From contig CAVUPH010000029.1 in assembly GCA_963743305.1 (NCBI GenBank), forward strand, positions 1 to 64,000: DNA of 64,000 nt. The letters run 5' to 3'. Below, piece by piece: positions 9,543-20,065 of this stretch. The translations under genes and the position numbers were made by a program. The stretch comes from an uncultured delta proteobacterium (GTDB lineage Bacteria; Desulfobacterota; RBG-13-43-22). The notes below the pieces were generated by a model that searched no databases, was not told where the DNA came from, and saw nothing but the letters and a program-made list of their open reading frames with translations. How positions within the stretch are numbered: the stretch's first letter is position 1; each line of letters starts with the position of its first letter.

Positions 9543-10813
9543 ATGACAAAAACAGATCTATTGGAACTAATCAAGAACGGCGAAAATTCGGGAGTGGAGT
9601 TCAAACGGGATACGATCGATAACCGCGCTCTGGCGAAAGAGCTTGTTGCCTTTACCAACCTTCAGGGCGGTAGGATGTTGCTTGGTGTTGATGACGATGG
9701 AGCAATTGTCGGCATCACACGAGAGAGGCTGGAAGAATTTGTAATGAACGCCTGTCGCGACAAGATAAGGCCGGAAATAATTCCTTATTTTGAAATCCTC
9801 AGGGAAGTGGAACCAGGCAAGGATGTGGCCGTGGTCGAAGTCGAGCGTGGATGGTCGGTTCACTGTGTTTGGCATGATAACCATCGAGCCTGGTACGTGC
9901 GTGTGGGAAGTGAAAGCAGGGAGGCCAGCCCGGAGGAGCTCGAACGACTTTTCCAACAGCGAGGAGCTTTCGTTTGGAAATCCGTCCCGTATCGGGGACA
10001 TCCATAGAAGATCTCGATATGCGGCGCATTCGTGACTATTTTAAACGAATACGGGGCCAGAAAATGCCCAAATCCGAAGATATTGAGGGCTGGCAAAAAT
10101 TACTGACAAATACAGAGTTTCTTGCACGGGAGGATGATAGAAGACCTGCTACAGTGGCAGGTCTTCTCCTCTTTTCTCTGAATCCCAACCGTTACTTACC
10201 TCAGGCTGGCATTGATGCGGTGGCCTACCCAGGAAAGGAAAAGGATTATGCCGCAAAAGAGCGGTTGGCTATCCGAGGGCCGCTAACCCCGCTTTTTGGC
10301 CCCAAAAAACTAGTGGAAAACGGTCTCATCGAGCAGACGGTGGAGTTCATCCGAAGAAACACCAGTATCTCAGCAAATCTTACGGAAGGCGTTAGACGGA
10401 AAGAGTTTTGGGCTTATCCAGAAGAAGCAATACGCGAGGCCATTGTCAATGCCCTTGTGCATCGAGACTACTTGCTTTCGAGCACGGATATTGAGGTTTC
10501 CATCTATGAAGACCGGCTGGAAATCATCTCCCCGGGACGACTTCCCAATGGGATAACGCCGGAGCGGATGATTGTAGGTTGTCGTGCGGCCAGGAATCAA
10601 CTGCTAAAAGATGTGATGCGAGACTACGGTTACCTGGAGCATATGGGCATGGGAGTCCCCCGAAAGATTGTGAAAAAAATGCTTGAACACAACGGCACCA
10701 TGCCGGAACTTATTGAGGATGGTGAGCGTTTTATTGTTCGGCTCTTGGAAGTCCCTCAAGAAAAAAATGACCGGAAATCTGCAACCGGTCGTGGCCGCCT
10801 AAATACCCCATAG
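9543..10813 (+). CDS. Schlafen/AlbA_2 domain fused to RecG-C/HATPase_c_4-like domain; frameshift near 9975
   Basis: GENSGVEFK, AFTNLQGG..LLGVDDDG; REAIVNALVHRDY, ISPG, RN..L, EHMGMG. Confidence 0.8.
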
Positions 10814-10860
10814 AGAGCGAGATCAGGATTCGGATTCGTTCGAGGAGAAGAATTGCGAAG

Positions 10861-11627
10861 AATTGGGGTCGGAGCAGACAAACTGATTGGCAAAATGAAG
10901 ATCCTAACCGGAAAACCGATAGCAAGAGCCAATCGATATTTTGTCCCTAGCCCGGTCTGGCATATCACCCATCTCTGCCACAGGGAGGATCGGTGGACGC
11001 TGCCGCTCCATTAACGCTTCTTAGGATGAATATTCGATTAAGATTTCGATGAGTAAGGAGGGTTGAGATGGGTAAATCACGCGGATACTTCGATCCTGAA
11101 TTAACAGCGGAATCGAGGATGGAGAGAATGAGAGAAGAAATACATACTCTTCGTAACACGATAATCTCTCTAATTCCCGCCCCATTTAAGGATATTATCG
11201 AGCTTCGTTATGATTTAACTCGGGAGGAATCCCATGATTGGCTATATTCTACCGCAAATAAAATTATTGAAATCACCGAACCTGATCAATACGGAAAGGC
11301 AATTTGTCCTCTTTGTGGGGGCGTTCCTCAGTTTGTTGGAGTTGGTTATAGTTATCCTATTGGGCTTGAGCGTCATTTGACTGGCTCTTACAACGCCCAT
11401 AAATGCCCAGTAATGCATGCTGCGGATGGTCTCCGTAGAGTTCAACACCGAGAACGGTATCCTGGTGACTATGGGCCGTATGGATGTGATTGATTTCAGC
11501 CGAGGCATAATTCTGGTTGAACAAGTATCTCAGTGGAGGACTCCGTTTTGTAGGCATCGGGGTCGGACCATACGAAACTGAGTGCCCTTTTTACCTCCCA
11601 AAAGAAGCTTCTAAGCCGACCCCAATT
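10861..11627. mobile_element. Non-autonomous RAYT (REP-associated tyrosine transposase)-derived element with a passenger ORF
   Basis: Exact 12-bp inverted ends AATTGGGGTCGG (10861-10872) and CCGACCCCAATT (11616-11627). Internal stub (I)ARANRYFVPSPVWHITHLCHR at 10919-10984 resembles RAYT N-termini. Confidence 0.6.
11068..11493 (+). CDS. Hypothetical protein with a CPLC..H..C putative Zn-binding motif
   Basis: 141-aa ORF with an AAGGAGG RBS; no family recognised. Confidence 0.7.
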   Translation: MGKSRGYFDPELTAESRMERMREEIHTLRNTIISLIPAPFKDIIELRYDLTREESHDWLYSTANKIIEITEPDQYGKAICPLCGGVPQFVGVGYSYPIGLERHLTGSYNAHKCPVMHAADGLRRVQHRERYPGDYGPYGCD

Positions 11628-11641
11628 TCATACCACCCACC

Positions 11642-12096
11642 ATGACTCCTGCAATCAATGTGGCGAAGAAAGCTAAGATTACTTATAAAGTACATGAATA
11701 CCTGCACGATCCAACAAGTGAATCATACGGGAGTGAAGCCGCCGAAAAACTGGGCGTCCAGGAGGATCGAGTCTTCAAGACATTGGTGGTGAGTCTCGAC
11801 GGCAAAGAGCTTGCCGTAGGTGTCGTTCCCGTGTCCTCTATGCTCGACCTGAAGCTGGAGCCGGGGCAAAAAAGGCAAGTATGGCTGCCAGATCAGATGT
11901 GGAACGCTCTACCGGCTATGTTTTGGGTGGGGTTAGCCCTCTGGCTCAAAAAAAACGGCTCAGGACCTATATCGATTCATCGGCTGGAAACTTCCCCACG
12001 GTCTTCGTCAGCGCGGGTCGTCGGGGGCTGCAAATCGAACTCAATCCGAATGACCTAAAGGCACTGTCCAATGGAGAATACGCCGAAATATCCCAA
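11642..12096 (+). pseudogene. ybaK: Cys-tRNA(Pro) deacylase YbaK; indel near 11855 and no own stop codon
   Basis: MTPAI..VFKTLV, TGYVLGGVSPL, VSAGRRGLQIEL, split over two frames. Confidence 0.8.
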
Positions 12097-12200
12097 GTGG
12101 TTGCGGAGAGATTTGACGTCAACGAGAAAGAGAAACGCCGCCGGGAATTCTTTCCGAAGGACTGCCAAAAAGCCTTTGATTTAGGAGTCGCTCTGGCGAA
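12097..12200 (+). pseudogene. C-terminal fragment resembling flavodoxin/NADPH-FMN reductase family proteins
   Basis: VVAERFDVNEKEKRRREFFPKDCQKAFDLG resembles, from recall, the C-terminus of that family. Confidence 0.45.
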
Positions 12201-12201
12201 A

Positions 12202-12305
12202 AAGATACGGGATGCCGGCCATTATTCCCTCCGGATCCCGTATCTTCGTTTCAGATCTAAATCCTTTTTCTTTTCCTTTTGCCTTCTTCCTCGTTCCTCG
12301 ATCCT
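12202..12305. repeat. Hairpin plus heptamer tandem repeat
   Basis: AAGATACGGGATGCCGG / CCGGATCCCGTATCTT inverted repeat, then TTTTCCT TTTGCCT TCTTCCT CGTTCCT CGATCCT. Confidence 0.7.
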
Positions 12306-12306
12306 T

Positions 12307-13935
12307 TTACTTTTTCCCCAGCACTTCCCGCTTGATCCGGCTGATATGGCCGCGGCCGGAGCCCTTGACTTCGCAGCCCAGCTCGAAATAGCGGCGGATT
12401 TGGGTGTCGTTCAGGATGCCGAAGCAATCCACGATGGCCGCCGGCCGCCCGATCCACTCCACCATCTGGTCGGGATCCAGCGTCAGGTAAGGCTGGTGGC
12501 GCACGGCCAGGACCACGGCATCCGCTCCCTGAACCGTGCTGGACAAGTCCTGGGAGACCGGCAGCTTCGCCAATCCGTCCTGGTTGCGGAAGAACCGGGC
12601 CCAGTTGTTATGCGTCGGGTAGTCATTCTGTTTTTCCAGTTCCCACCAATGCTCCACGTAGGGGTCGTGGACCCGCACTTCGGCGCCCATCTCGGCCAGC
12701 TTCCGGACTAAGATCTCCGAACCGCTGTACCGGGTATCGCCCACGTCCTCCCGATAGGAAACCCCCAGAACGCTGATCAGGGAGGAAGCCACGATCCGGT
12801 TCCGGTTGCGCAGGGCGTCACGGACCAGTTGGGCCGCATGGAGGGCCCGGGTGTCGTTGATATTGATCGCCAGGGGGGTAATTTTAAAAATATCGTCCTC
12901 GAAGCCCATCAAATGTTTATACGACCACATGCCCAGACCGCCGTCCTTGGGCAGGCAGTAGCCCCCGACCCCCGGGCCCGGGAAAAGGATGTTGCTGTGG
13001 GTGGGCCGAACCCGGATGGCCTCGATGACCTTGACCAAATCCACCCCGTTACGTTCGGCAAACAAGGTCCATTCGTGCATAAAAGCCAGCAGGGTCGCCC
13101 GAAAGCTGTTTTCCACGATCTTGCAGGTCTCACTCTCCACCGGCCGATCCAGGACCGTGAGCGGAAATTTCTCCACTTCGATCACTTCGGACAGAAAACG
13201 GACCACCCGCTCCCGGGCTTCCGGATTGATCCCGCTGCACACCCGCCAGAAATTGCGAATGGAGGAAACGTATTGCCGGCCGGGCATGACCCGCTCAAAG
13301 CTGTGGGCCAGCAGGGGTTCCTCGCTCAGCCCCCGTTCCTCGAAGGCTTTTTTGAAGAAGGGATAGGCGATATATTCGGTGGTCCCCGGGGGCACGGTGG
13401 TTTCAATCAGGACCAGGGCCTGGGGGGGAATCTTCCTCCCCATGATTTTGAAGCTCTCTTCCAGGGCCTGGATCTCGGCGTTGCCGCTTTTGACATTGCC
13501 CAGCTCTTCCTTCAGAAAATCGCATTGCACATCCACGACCACCACATCGGCCAGGGTCAGCGCCTCCATGGTGTAGGTGGCCATCAGGGTTTTTTTCTCC
13601 AGCACACACCGCCTGATCAGGGGATCCACTTCCGGGTCTTCCGCTTTTACCGGGCTGACACCGCGGTTCAGGCAGGGGATCTTCCAATAGGAGCGAGGAC
13701 TCGGCCGCTGCACGCCGATGACGAATTTTCCCGGCGACCCGTCGGCCCGGACGGTGTCGGCCACTACCGCCGCCATTACCGCCCCCACAAATCCCACGCC
13801 CATGACGACCACGATCTCCCGCCCCAGGAGGCGTTGCTCCCCGACGATTTCTTTCAGACGCCGGACCTCCACCTCCTCATCCAGTGCCCCGGGCAAAGTA
13901 AAACGTTCACCCGTCGGTGCCAGGGAATATTCCAT
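12307..13935 (-). CDS. Nucleotide-sugar (UDP-glucose/GDP-mannose family) dehydrogenase
   Basis: GVGFVG, ETTVPPGTT, ERVMPG, PGPGVGGYCLPKD, YREDVGDTR. Confidence 0.9.
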   Translation of the reverse strand: MEYSLAPTGERFTLPGALDEEVEVRRLKEIVGEQRLLGREIVVVMGVGFVGAVMAAVVADTVRADGSPGKFVIGVQRPSPRSYWKIPCLNRGVSPVKAEDPEVDPLIRRCVLEKKTLMATYTMEALTLADVVVVDVQCDFLKEELGNVKSGNAEIQALEESFKIMGRKIPPQALVLIETTVPPGTTEYIAYPFFKKAFEERGLSEEPLLAHSFERVMPGRQYVSSIRNFWRVCSGINPEARERVVRFLSEVIEVEKFPLTVLDRPVESETCKIVENSFRATLLAFMHEWTLFAERNGVDLVKVIEAIRVRPTHSNILFPGPGVGGYCLPKDGGLGMWSYKHLMGFEDDIFKITPLAININDTRALHAAQLVRDALRNRNRIVASSLISVLGVSYREDVGDTRYSGSEILVRKLAEMGAEVRVHDPYVEHWWELEKQNDYPTHNNWARFFRNQDGLAKLPVSQDLSSTVQGADAVVLAVRHQPYLTLDPDQMVEWIGRPAAIVDCFGILNDTQIRRYFELGCEVKGSGRGHISRIKREVLGKK

Positions 13936-15175
13936 CGTTCTCTCCTCCTTCAAAGTATTGATTAACTTTTTCAACCACATATTCCTGCTGATCCCGGGTC
14001 AATTCCGGAAAAATGGGCAGGGCCAGAACCTCCTGGGCCGCTTTTTCCGCTTCCGGGAAATCCCCGGAACGGTAGCCCAGATAGTGAAAGCAGGGCTGCA
14101 GATGAAAAGGCAGCGGGTAATAGATTTCCGTGCCCACGCCCTGCCGAGCCAAAAAGGATTGAAGCCCGGCGCGATCCTTAACCCGCAGGACATACTGATT
14201 ATAGATGTGATAGCCCTTTTCCAAACCCGGCCGACCACGAAAAACAGCCGGAGGAAGGCCCACCAGACCGCGGGCGGCTAAATCCGTCTGTCCGAAAAGG
14301 GTATCATAATACTCGGCGTTTTCCTGCCGCTCGCGGGTCCAGTGATCCAGATAGTTCAATTTAACCACCAGAATCGCGGCCTGCAGGCTGTCCAACCGAA
14401 AATTTCCACCGATCAGGTCGTGCACATAACGGGTTTTGGCCCCGTGGACCCGAATCCTTTTCAGCTTATCGGCGAATTCCGGATTATCTGTAACCACCAT
14501 CCCGGCATCGCCCATCCCGCCCAGATTTTTGGTAGGATAAAAAGAGTAGCCGACCAGATTGTCTCGAAAGCGGTCGCCTGTCTCCGCATCGGGGAAGGTC
14601 GCCCCGATGGCCTGGGCCGCGTCCTCCACCACCCGCAGACCGTGGGTTTGCGCCAACCGATTAAGCGCCGACATATTCGCGGCCTGGCCGTAGAGGTGGA
14701 CCGGCAGAATGGCCTTTAATTGTCCGGTGTTCGGCGTTCGTCGTTCGGCGTCTGAAAACGGATTGTCCGCTGGTAGCGGATAACGATGGGGATCCCGGTT
14801 CAGGTAGGCGGTCAACGCCCTTTCAGCCTGGACCGGATCCAGGTTGAAGGTTGTCGGCTCGATATCGGCCAGCAAGGGGATGGCCCCCAACCGGGCGATG
14901 GTTCCGGCCGTGGCAAAAAAAGAAAAAGGGGTGGTCAAGACCACATCGCCCGGGCCGACCCCGAGGGCCATGAGCGAAAGGAGCAGCGCGTCGGTCCCGG
15001 AGGATACCCCTACGGCGAAGCGCTTTCGAACATAGGCGGCTATACCCTGCTCCAGTTCTTGTACCGGAGGCCCGAGGATGAATTGCCCGGAATCCAATAC
15101 CCTTCCGATGGACGCCTCGATTTCCGGCCGCAGGGTCCGGTGTTGTCCGCTGAGATCAAAAAAGGGAACTTTCAC
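13907..15175 (-). CDS. DegT/DnrJ/EryC1/StrS sugar aminotransferase
   Basis: VSSGTDAL, PVHLYGQ, EDAAQA, SFYPTKNLG, NFRLD. Confidence 0.92.
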   Translation of the reverse strand: MKVPFFDLSGQHRTLRPEIEASIGRVLDSGQFILGPPVQELEQGIAAYVRKRFAVGVSSGTDALLLSLMALGVGPGDVVLTTPFSFFATAGTIARLGAIPLLADIEPTTFNLDPVQAERALTAYLNRDPHRYPLPADNPFSDAERRTPNTGQLKAILPVHLYGQAANMSALNRLAQTHGLRVVEDAAQAIGATFPDAETGDRFRDNLVGYSFYPTKNLGGMGDAGMVVTDNPEFADKLKRIRVHGAKTRYVHDLIGGNFRLDSLQAAILVVKLNYLDHWTRERQENAEYYDTLFGQTDLAARGLVGLPPAVFRGRPGLEKGYHIYNQYVLRVKDRAGLQSFLARQGVGTEIYYPLPFHLQPCFHYLGYRSGDFPEAEKAAQEVLALPIFPELTRDQQEYVVEKVNQYFEGGENDGIFPGTDG

Positions 15176-15177
15176 TT

Positions 15178-16210
15178 TTAACCCTTCACCTCTTTTTTAT
15201 CACGCTTTTCATAGCCTTGGGGAAACCGCCGGTGCCATTCCCAGGCTGAATGAATAATATCCCTGAGGGCCGGAAATTGTGGCTCCCACCCCAGGAATCG
15301 GCGGGCTCGTTCCGACGAGGCCACCAGGACAGCCGGATCGCCGGGCCGCCGCGGTCCCAGCGTATAGGGGATATCCTGGCCCGTTACCTCCGAGGCCTGC
15401 CGAATGACCTCCAGTACGGAAAACCCTTGCCCATTGCCCAGGTTAAAAACGCTTCCGGACTGCTCATCTATTTTTTCCAGGGCCAGGACATGGGCCAGGG
15501 ACAGATCCTCGATGTGGATATAATCCCGAAGGCAGCTCCCGTCCGGAGTGGGATAATCGCTGCCGTAAACTATCAAGCCCCCCCCGGGCGTTTCCAGCTT
15601 TGAGTCCTTTCAGACGAAGCGCCTGATTAAGGACTAAGGGAATCAGGTGGGTTTCCGGATGGTGGTCTTCCCCGCAGTCCCGTCCGGCCCCGGCCGCATT
15701 GAAATAGCGGAAGGCGACATAGCGCAGCCCGTAGGCCTGCTGATAGGCCTGGAGGACTTGCTCAAACATCAATTTGGAGAATCCATAGGGATTCACCGGG
15801 CGGGTTGGCTGGTCTTCTTTAATGGGCAACTCGTCGGGTTCGCCGTAAACGGCGGCCGTAGACGAAAAAACCAGCCGCCCTACCCCGCCGGCCCGCATGG
15901 CCTTCAGGAGGGCTATCCCTTTGATCAGATTATTGTCGAAATATTTCTGGGGATCGACCACCGATTCTCCCACCAGACAAAAGGCCGCCAGATGCATCAC
16001 GGCCTCGATGGCCCGGGCCCGGAAGATTTCTTCCAACCGGTCCTGGTCTTGTATATCCCCTTGGATAAAAACCGCCTTTTCAGGAACCGCCGCCCGATGT
16101 CCTTCGGAAAGGTTGTCCAGGACTACCACCCGATGACCCCGCGCCAGCAACGTGCGGGCCACCACGCTGCCGATATAACCGGCCCCTCCGGTTACTAGAA
16201 CATTACTCAA
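15178..16210 (-). CDS. galE: UDP-glucose 4-epimerase; frameshift at the poly-C run near 15580
   Basis: [29 protein letters not shown], then RDYIH, NLGNG.G.SV, RRPGDP. Confidence 0.88.
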
Positions 16211-16226
16211 GGTTGAAGCCTCCCCT

Positions 16227-16510
16227 TAGTACGAAAATAGAATTGATCACCGCTTTTTAGGCGTTTTGTTTTGGCCGTCATCCCGGACTCGATCCGGGAT
16301 CCAGGTACCTCCAGGGCCTTCACGGTCCTGGATTCCGGATCGCGCTTCGCTTGTCCGGAATGACGAGTTAATACCCTGGCGTTGAAGGCCATTTTCATGC
16401 TTCGCGGGTGGCCTCTGGGCCATGAGGGTCTAGTGCGAAAATAGAACCCGGCGTCACTCGGGCATTCATCAATAATTAATAATGAACAATTGATTATTAA
16501 TAATTTGTGG
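16227..16510 (-). repeat. Composite non-coding element with conserved bracket motifs, a GTCATTCCGG-type double palindrome and an AATTAAT heptamer hairpin
   Basis: On the minus strand: TTCTATTTTCG(T/C)ACTA at 16227-16242 and 16431-16446, and CACCCGCGAAGCATGAAAAT at 16391-16410. 16431-16482 is a 49/52 inverted match to 43501-43552. Confidence 0.8.
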
Positions 16511-16559
16511 TTCCATCTTCTTTTTATCCTTTCCTCATCTCTCCAACCCGCAACCCCTC

Positions 16560-17264
16560 TTATCCCCGTTTCACGGCATATTTGATGATACACCACAGGG
16601 CCCGAACCCCGTCTTTCCAGTTGATCTTTTTGCCCTCGGAATAGGTGCGGCCGGTATATGAAATTCCCACTTCATATATCCGGCATCCGGTTCGAGCTAC
16701 TTTGGCCGTGATCTCGGGTTCGAATCCAAATCGTTTTTCCGTCAGGGTAATCGATTTTAAAATTTCCGCTTTAAATACCTTGTAGCAGGTTTCCATATCC
16801 GTCAGGTTCAGATTGGTAAACATGTTGGACAACAGGGTCAACAGCCTGTTTCCCAGATAATGCCAGAAATAGAGGACCCGATGGGCCTCTCCGCCCATAA
16901 AACGGGAGCCGTAGACTACATCCGCCTTCCCCTCGATAATCGGTTTAAGCAACTTGGGATATTCTTGCGGGTCGTATTCCAGATCCGCGTCCTGAATCAG
17001 AATAAAGTCTCCCCGGGCCTCCCGAAACCCCGATTGGAGGGCGGCCCCTTTCCCCTGATTGACACTGTGACGGATCAGTCGGATAACCCCCTGATCTGCC
17101 AAGAACTGGGCGACCTCCAGGGTCCCGTCCCGGGAACAGTCATCCACCACCACGATTTCTTTATCCAACTCCCAGGAGGACAAATCCACCCGTTGGACCC
17201 TCTCGACCAGATCGGCCAAGGTTTCCTTCTCGTTATAGGCCGGAATAATAATAGAAAGCAGCAT
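16560..17264 (-). CDS. GT2 family glycosyltransferase (DPM1-like)
   Basis: [40 protein letters not shown]. Confidence 0.92.
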   Translation of the reverse strand: MLLSIIIPAYNEKETLADLVERVQRVDLSSWELDKEIVVVDDCSRDGTLEVAQFLADQGVIRLIRHSVNQGKGAALQSGFREARGDFILIQDADLEYDPQEYPKLLKPIIEGKADVVYGSRFMGGEAHRVLYFWHYLGNRLLTLLSNMFTNLNLTDMETCYKVFKAEILKSITLTEKRFGFEPEITAKVARTGCRIYEVGISYTGRTYSEGKKINWKDGVRALWCIIKYAVKRG

Positions 17265-17433
17265 GGATCAAGGGCCTTTGTGGTTCGATCTCGCTTTATG
17301 GACGGCAACCGTCGCAGGCTAAAGGGCAACCCCCGAAAAATGCTCCTCAATATATAAGGTATTGTTCTGCTTGTCAAAAAAAATAGGTAGCGCTGGTGAT
17401 TAAAGAGGGGCCTCCGCCACGATAAGGCCCGCT

Positions 17434-18718
17434 TTATCGGGAGGGGACGACCAAGATCTTATCCACTCGCTTTCCGTCCATATCCATCACCTCAAAGCGC
17501 ATTCCCTGCCATTCAAAATGATCGGCCGGTTCCGGAACCCGACCCAATTGGGTCATCATAAACCCGCCCAGCGTCTGATAGATCCCCGCCTCTTCGTCGG
17601 GCATTTTTTTCAACTGAAAGAGGTCCTTGAATTCGTCCACCGGCATCATACCGTCCACCAGCCAGGAGCCGTCTTCCCGTTGTCTGGCGCCCGGTTCCGC
17701 AGGCTGCCCCGTAGCGGGTATATCGCCGACGATGGCCTCGAGGATATCATTCAAGGTAACCAGCCCTTGAATCCCCCCGTATTCATCCACTACCAGGGCG
17801 AGATGCGGGCGGGATTTCTTAAAATTCTCCAACAGTTGTAGGGCGGGCAGGTCTTCCGGAACAAAAAGAGGCGGTTTCATCACCGCCTTCAAGTCCAGAC
17901 TTTCGGTCGGACTGGCAATAGGCCAGAGCATCTTTCGCCCGGGTGATACCCAGAACATTGTCCAGGCTTCCCTGGCCCACCGGAAAACGGGAAAAAGGGC
18001 TCTCCATGATTTTATGATGATTGAACTCCTCGCCGTCGTCCAGGTCCAGCCAGACCATGTCTCGCCGGGGGGTCATCAAGATACTCACCTCCCGATCCGC
18101 CAGGCGAAAAATGCTTTTAACGAGTTCTTGTTCCGTTTCGACAAAAACCCCGGCCTGGGTGCCCTGTTCGATCAGCAACTTGATTTCTTCTTCGGTCACC
18201 GGCGGTTCCTGGGATTTCCGGACCCCCAGGATCTTCATCACCAGGTCGGAGGACAGGCTGAGGCCACGCACGGCCGGCAGTCCGATGAGAGCGATAACTC
18301 GAAACAGGGAAGCCGTGGCCAGGGCGATGCGTTCCGGATGGATCAGGGCCAGCCGCTTGGGAACGATTTCCCCCAGCACAATGGAAAAATAGGTGATGGT
18401 CAAAACCACCAGGGCCAGGGCGACCGCCTGATGATAGGGATGGATCCAGGGGATGTCTTTCAGATAGGCCGCCAACCAGCCGGCGATAGTAACCCCCCCG
18501 AAAGCGCCGGCCAGGATACCGATCAAGGTGATGCCGATCTGGACGGTCGACAAAAAACGTTCCGGGTTGTCGGCCAGCTTCAGGGCCGCCTCGGCCCTTC
18601 GGTCCCCTTCCCGGGCCATCTGCTGCAAGCGGACCTTTCGGGAAGAGACCACGGCTATCTCCACCATGGCGAAAAACCCATTAAGTAATATCAATACCAG
18701 GATGATTACCGCTTCCAT
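17434..18718 (-). CDS. Hemolysin-family HlyC/CorC (CNNM-CBS-CorC) membrane protein; frameshift near 17900
   Basis: NGFFAM.E.A, TVQIGIT, GEIVPK, MTPR, VVDEYGG, TLGGF. Confidence 0.88.
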
Positions 18719-18885
18719 TTCAATGCCTTTCCAAAAAAAGCCTCCGGAGATTCGGTCTTGGCTGAAAAAAATTTCTAAACGCGTCGATCACGGCTCTCTG
18801 TCGTAAGTTTTATCGCGAACCTGACGCAAACATATTAAGGGTCTCCTAATTGGAGCGACATCTTAGTTCATAGATTTCTTGCCCG

Positions 18886-18912
18886 TCATTCCGGCGAAAG
18901 CCGGAATCCAGA
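18886..18912. repeat. GTCATTCCGGCGAAAGCCGGAATCCAG palindrome (dRS3-like REP)
   Basis: ATTCC-N-GGAAT hairpin of the same family as the palindromes at about 16277-16365. Confidence 0.7.
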
Positions 18913-18973
18913 TCTCTTGGGTTGTTTTTACAATGAGACTGTTAATAAATCCCCCTCATTCCGGATTTCGCCT

Positions 18974-19984
18974 TTAATGCCAACGCCGCCCTTTGTCGGT
19001 CAGCCGATATTTCTGCAGGCGGCTGTTGGGTTTCTCGGGGAGCGTCATTTCAATCAAGCCCTCCGTTAATGCGGGCAATAGATAGCGTGCCCGGAATGAT
19101 TTGCGGTCCTGCAGGCCGAGGGTGTTTTGGATATCTTCGCGGGACATCTCAGCTACGAGTGCTTGCAGGAGCTGTTTGACTTGGGGGGTGACTTGGGGTG
19201 CGACTTGGGGGGCAGCCGCCGAGGAAACCGCATCGAGGATCATCCTGAGCATAAATTCGATAAATGGCGCGGAATCCGTTTGAGTGGTGCTGATTTGCAG
19301 GGACTGGTAGTACTCCGCCTGGTGTTCGTGGACCAGGCTTTCGACCGGAATATGGGCAAACAGGGGATTCCAGCGAAACAGGATCAAAGTTTGCCACAGC
19401 CGCCCCAGGCGGCCGTTGCCGTCGGCGAAAGGGTGGATGAACTCGAACTCATAGTGAAAAACCGAGCTGGCGACCAGCGGATGTTGATCGGTAGTTCGCA
19501 GCCAGTGTAGCAGGTCTTGCATCAGGGAGGGGACGCGATCCGCAGGCGGGGCCATATGGATGACCTGCCCGCCGGCCAAGACGCCCACGCCTCCGCGGCG
19601 GTAGGCCCCGGCCTCTTCCAGCAGGCCGGACATAAAGATACGATGGGCTTCCAGCAAATCCCCTTCATCCTGGGGCTGCCATTGTTCGAAACGGTCATAG
19701 GCGGCTAGGGCATTGCGCGCTTCCTGGATTTCCCGTGGCGGGGCGATAACCCGCTTCCCTTCCAGAACCGCGGTGATCTGCCCCTCGCTCAGGTTGTTGC
19801 CTTCAATGGCCAGCGAGCCCTGAATGGTGCGTATGCGATTGAGGCGCCTTAGCCGCAGCGCTTTTGTTGGCTCGACCTGAGCCGTCAGACGCCCGAGGGC
19901 TTCGGCGATTTCCGTTGCCAGGCGGAGAATGGCCGGGGTCAGGGTAAAGGGCGGTTGGTAGGAGTCCCTTTTGTTCAAGTCCAT
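18974..19984 (-). CDS. Fic family protein with C-terminal wHTH
   Basis: HPFADGNGRLGR, SLAIEGN inhibitory motif, PEKPNSRLQKY. Confidence 0.92.
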   Translation of the reverse strand: MDLNKRDSYQPPFTLTPAILRLATEIAEALGRLTAQVEPTKALRLRRLNRIRTIQGSLAIEGNNLSEGQITAVLEGKRVIAPPREIQEARNALAAYDRFEQWQPQDEGDLLEAHRIFMSGLLEEAGAYRRGGVGVLAGGQVIHMAPPADRVPSLMQDLLHWLRTTDQHPLVASSVFHYEFEFIHPFADGNGRLGRLWQTLILFRWNPLFAHIPVESLVHEHQAEYYQSLQISTTQTDSAPFIEFMLRMILDAVSSAAAPQVAPQVTPQVKQLLQALVAEMSREDIQNTLGLQDRKSFRARYLLPALTEGLIEMTLPEKPNSRLQKYRLTDKGRRWH

Positions 19985-20065
19985 GTCCTTCGTGCTCTCT
20001 CGATTGGTGTAATCGCAGCGGTCATGCGGTTGGTGTTAGTGAACGCCTGATTAGATCCGTCCATG

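Noticed and set aside
11881-13965. Long plus-strand ORFs 11881-12711 (distal part) and 12829-13965
   Set aside because: Antisense shadows of the GC-rich nucleotide-sugar dehydrogenase; no motifs.
16207-16596. 129-aa minus-strand ORF
   Set aside because: Translation of the composite repeat (LLIINCSLLII, RHSGQAKRDPES).
20030-20065. attI/attC-like word (CTAATCAGGCGTTCAC, minus strand) between M48 and Fic
   Set aside because: No paired L/R boxes or hairpin; too short to distinguish from chance.
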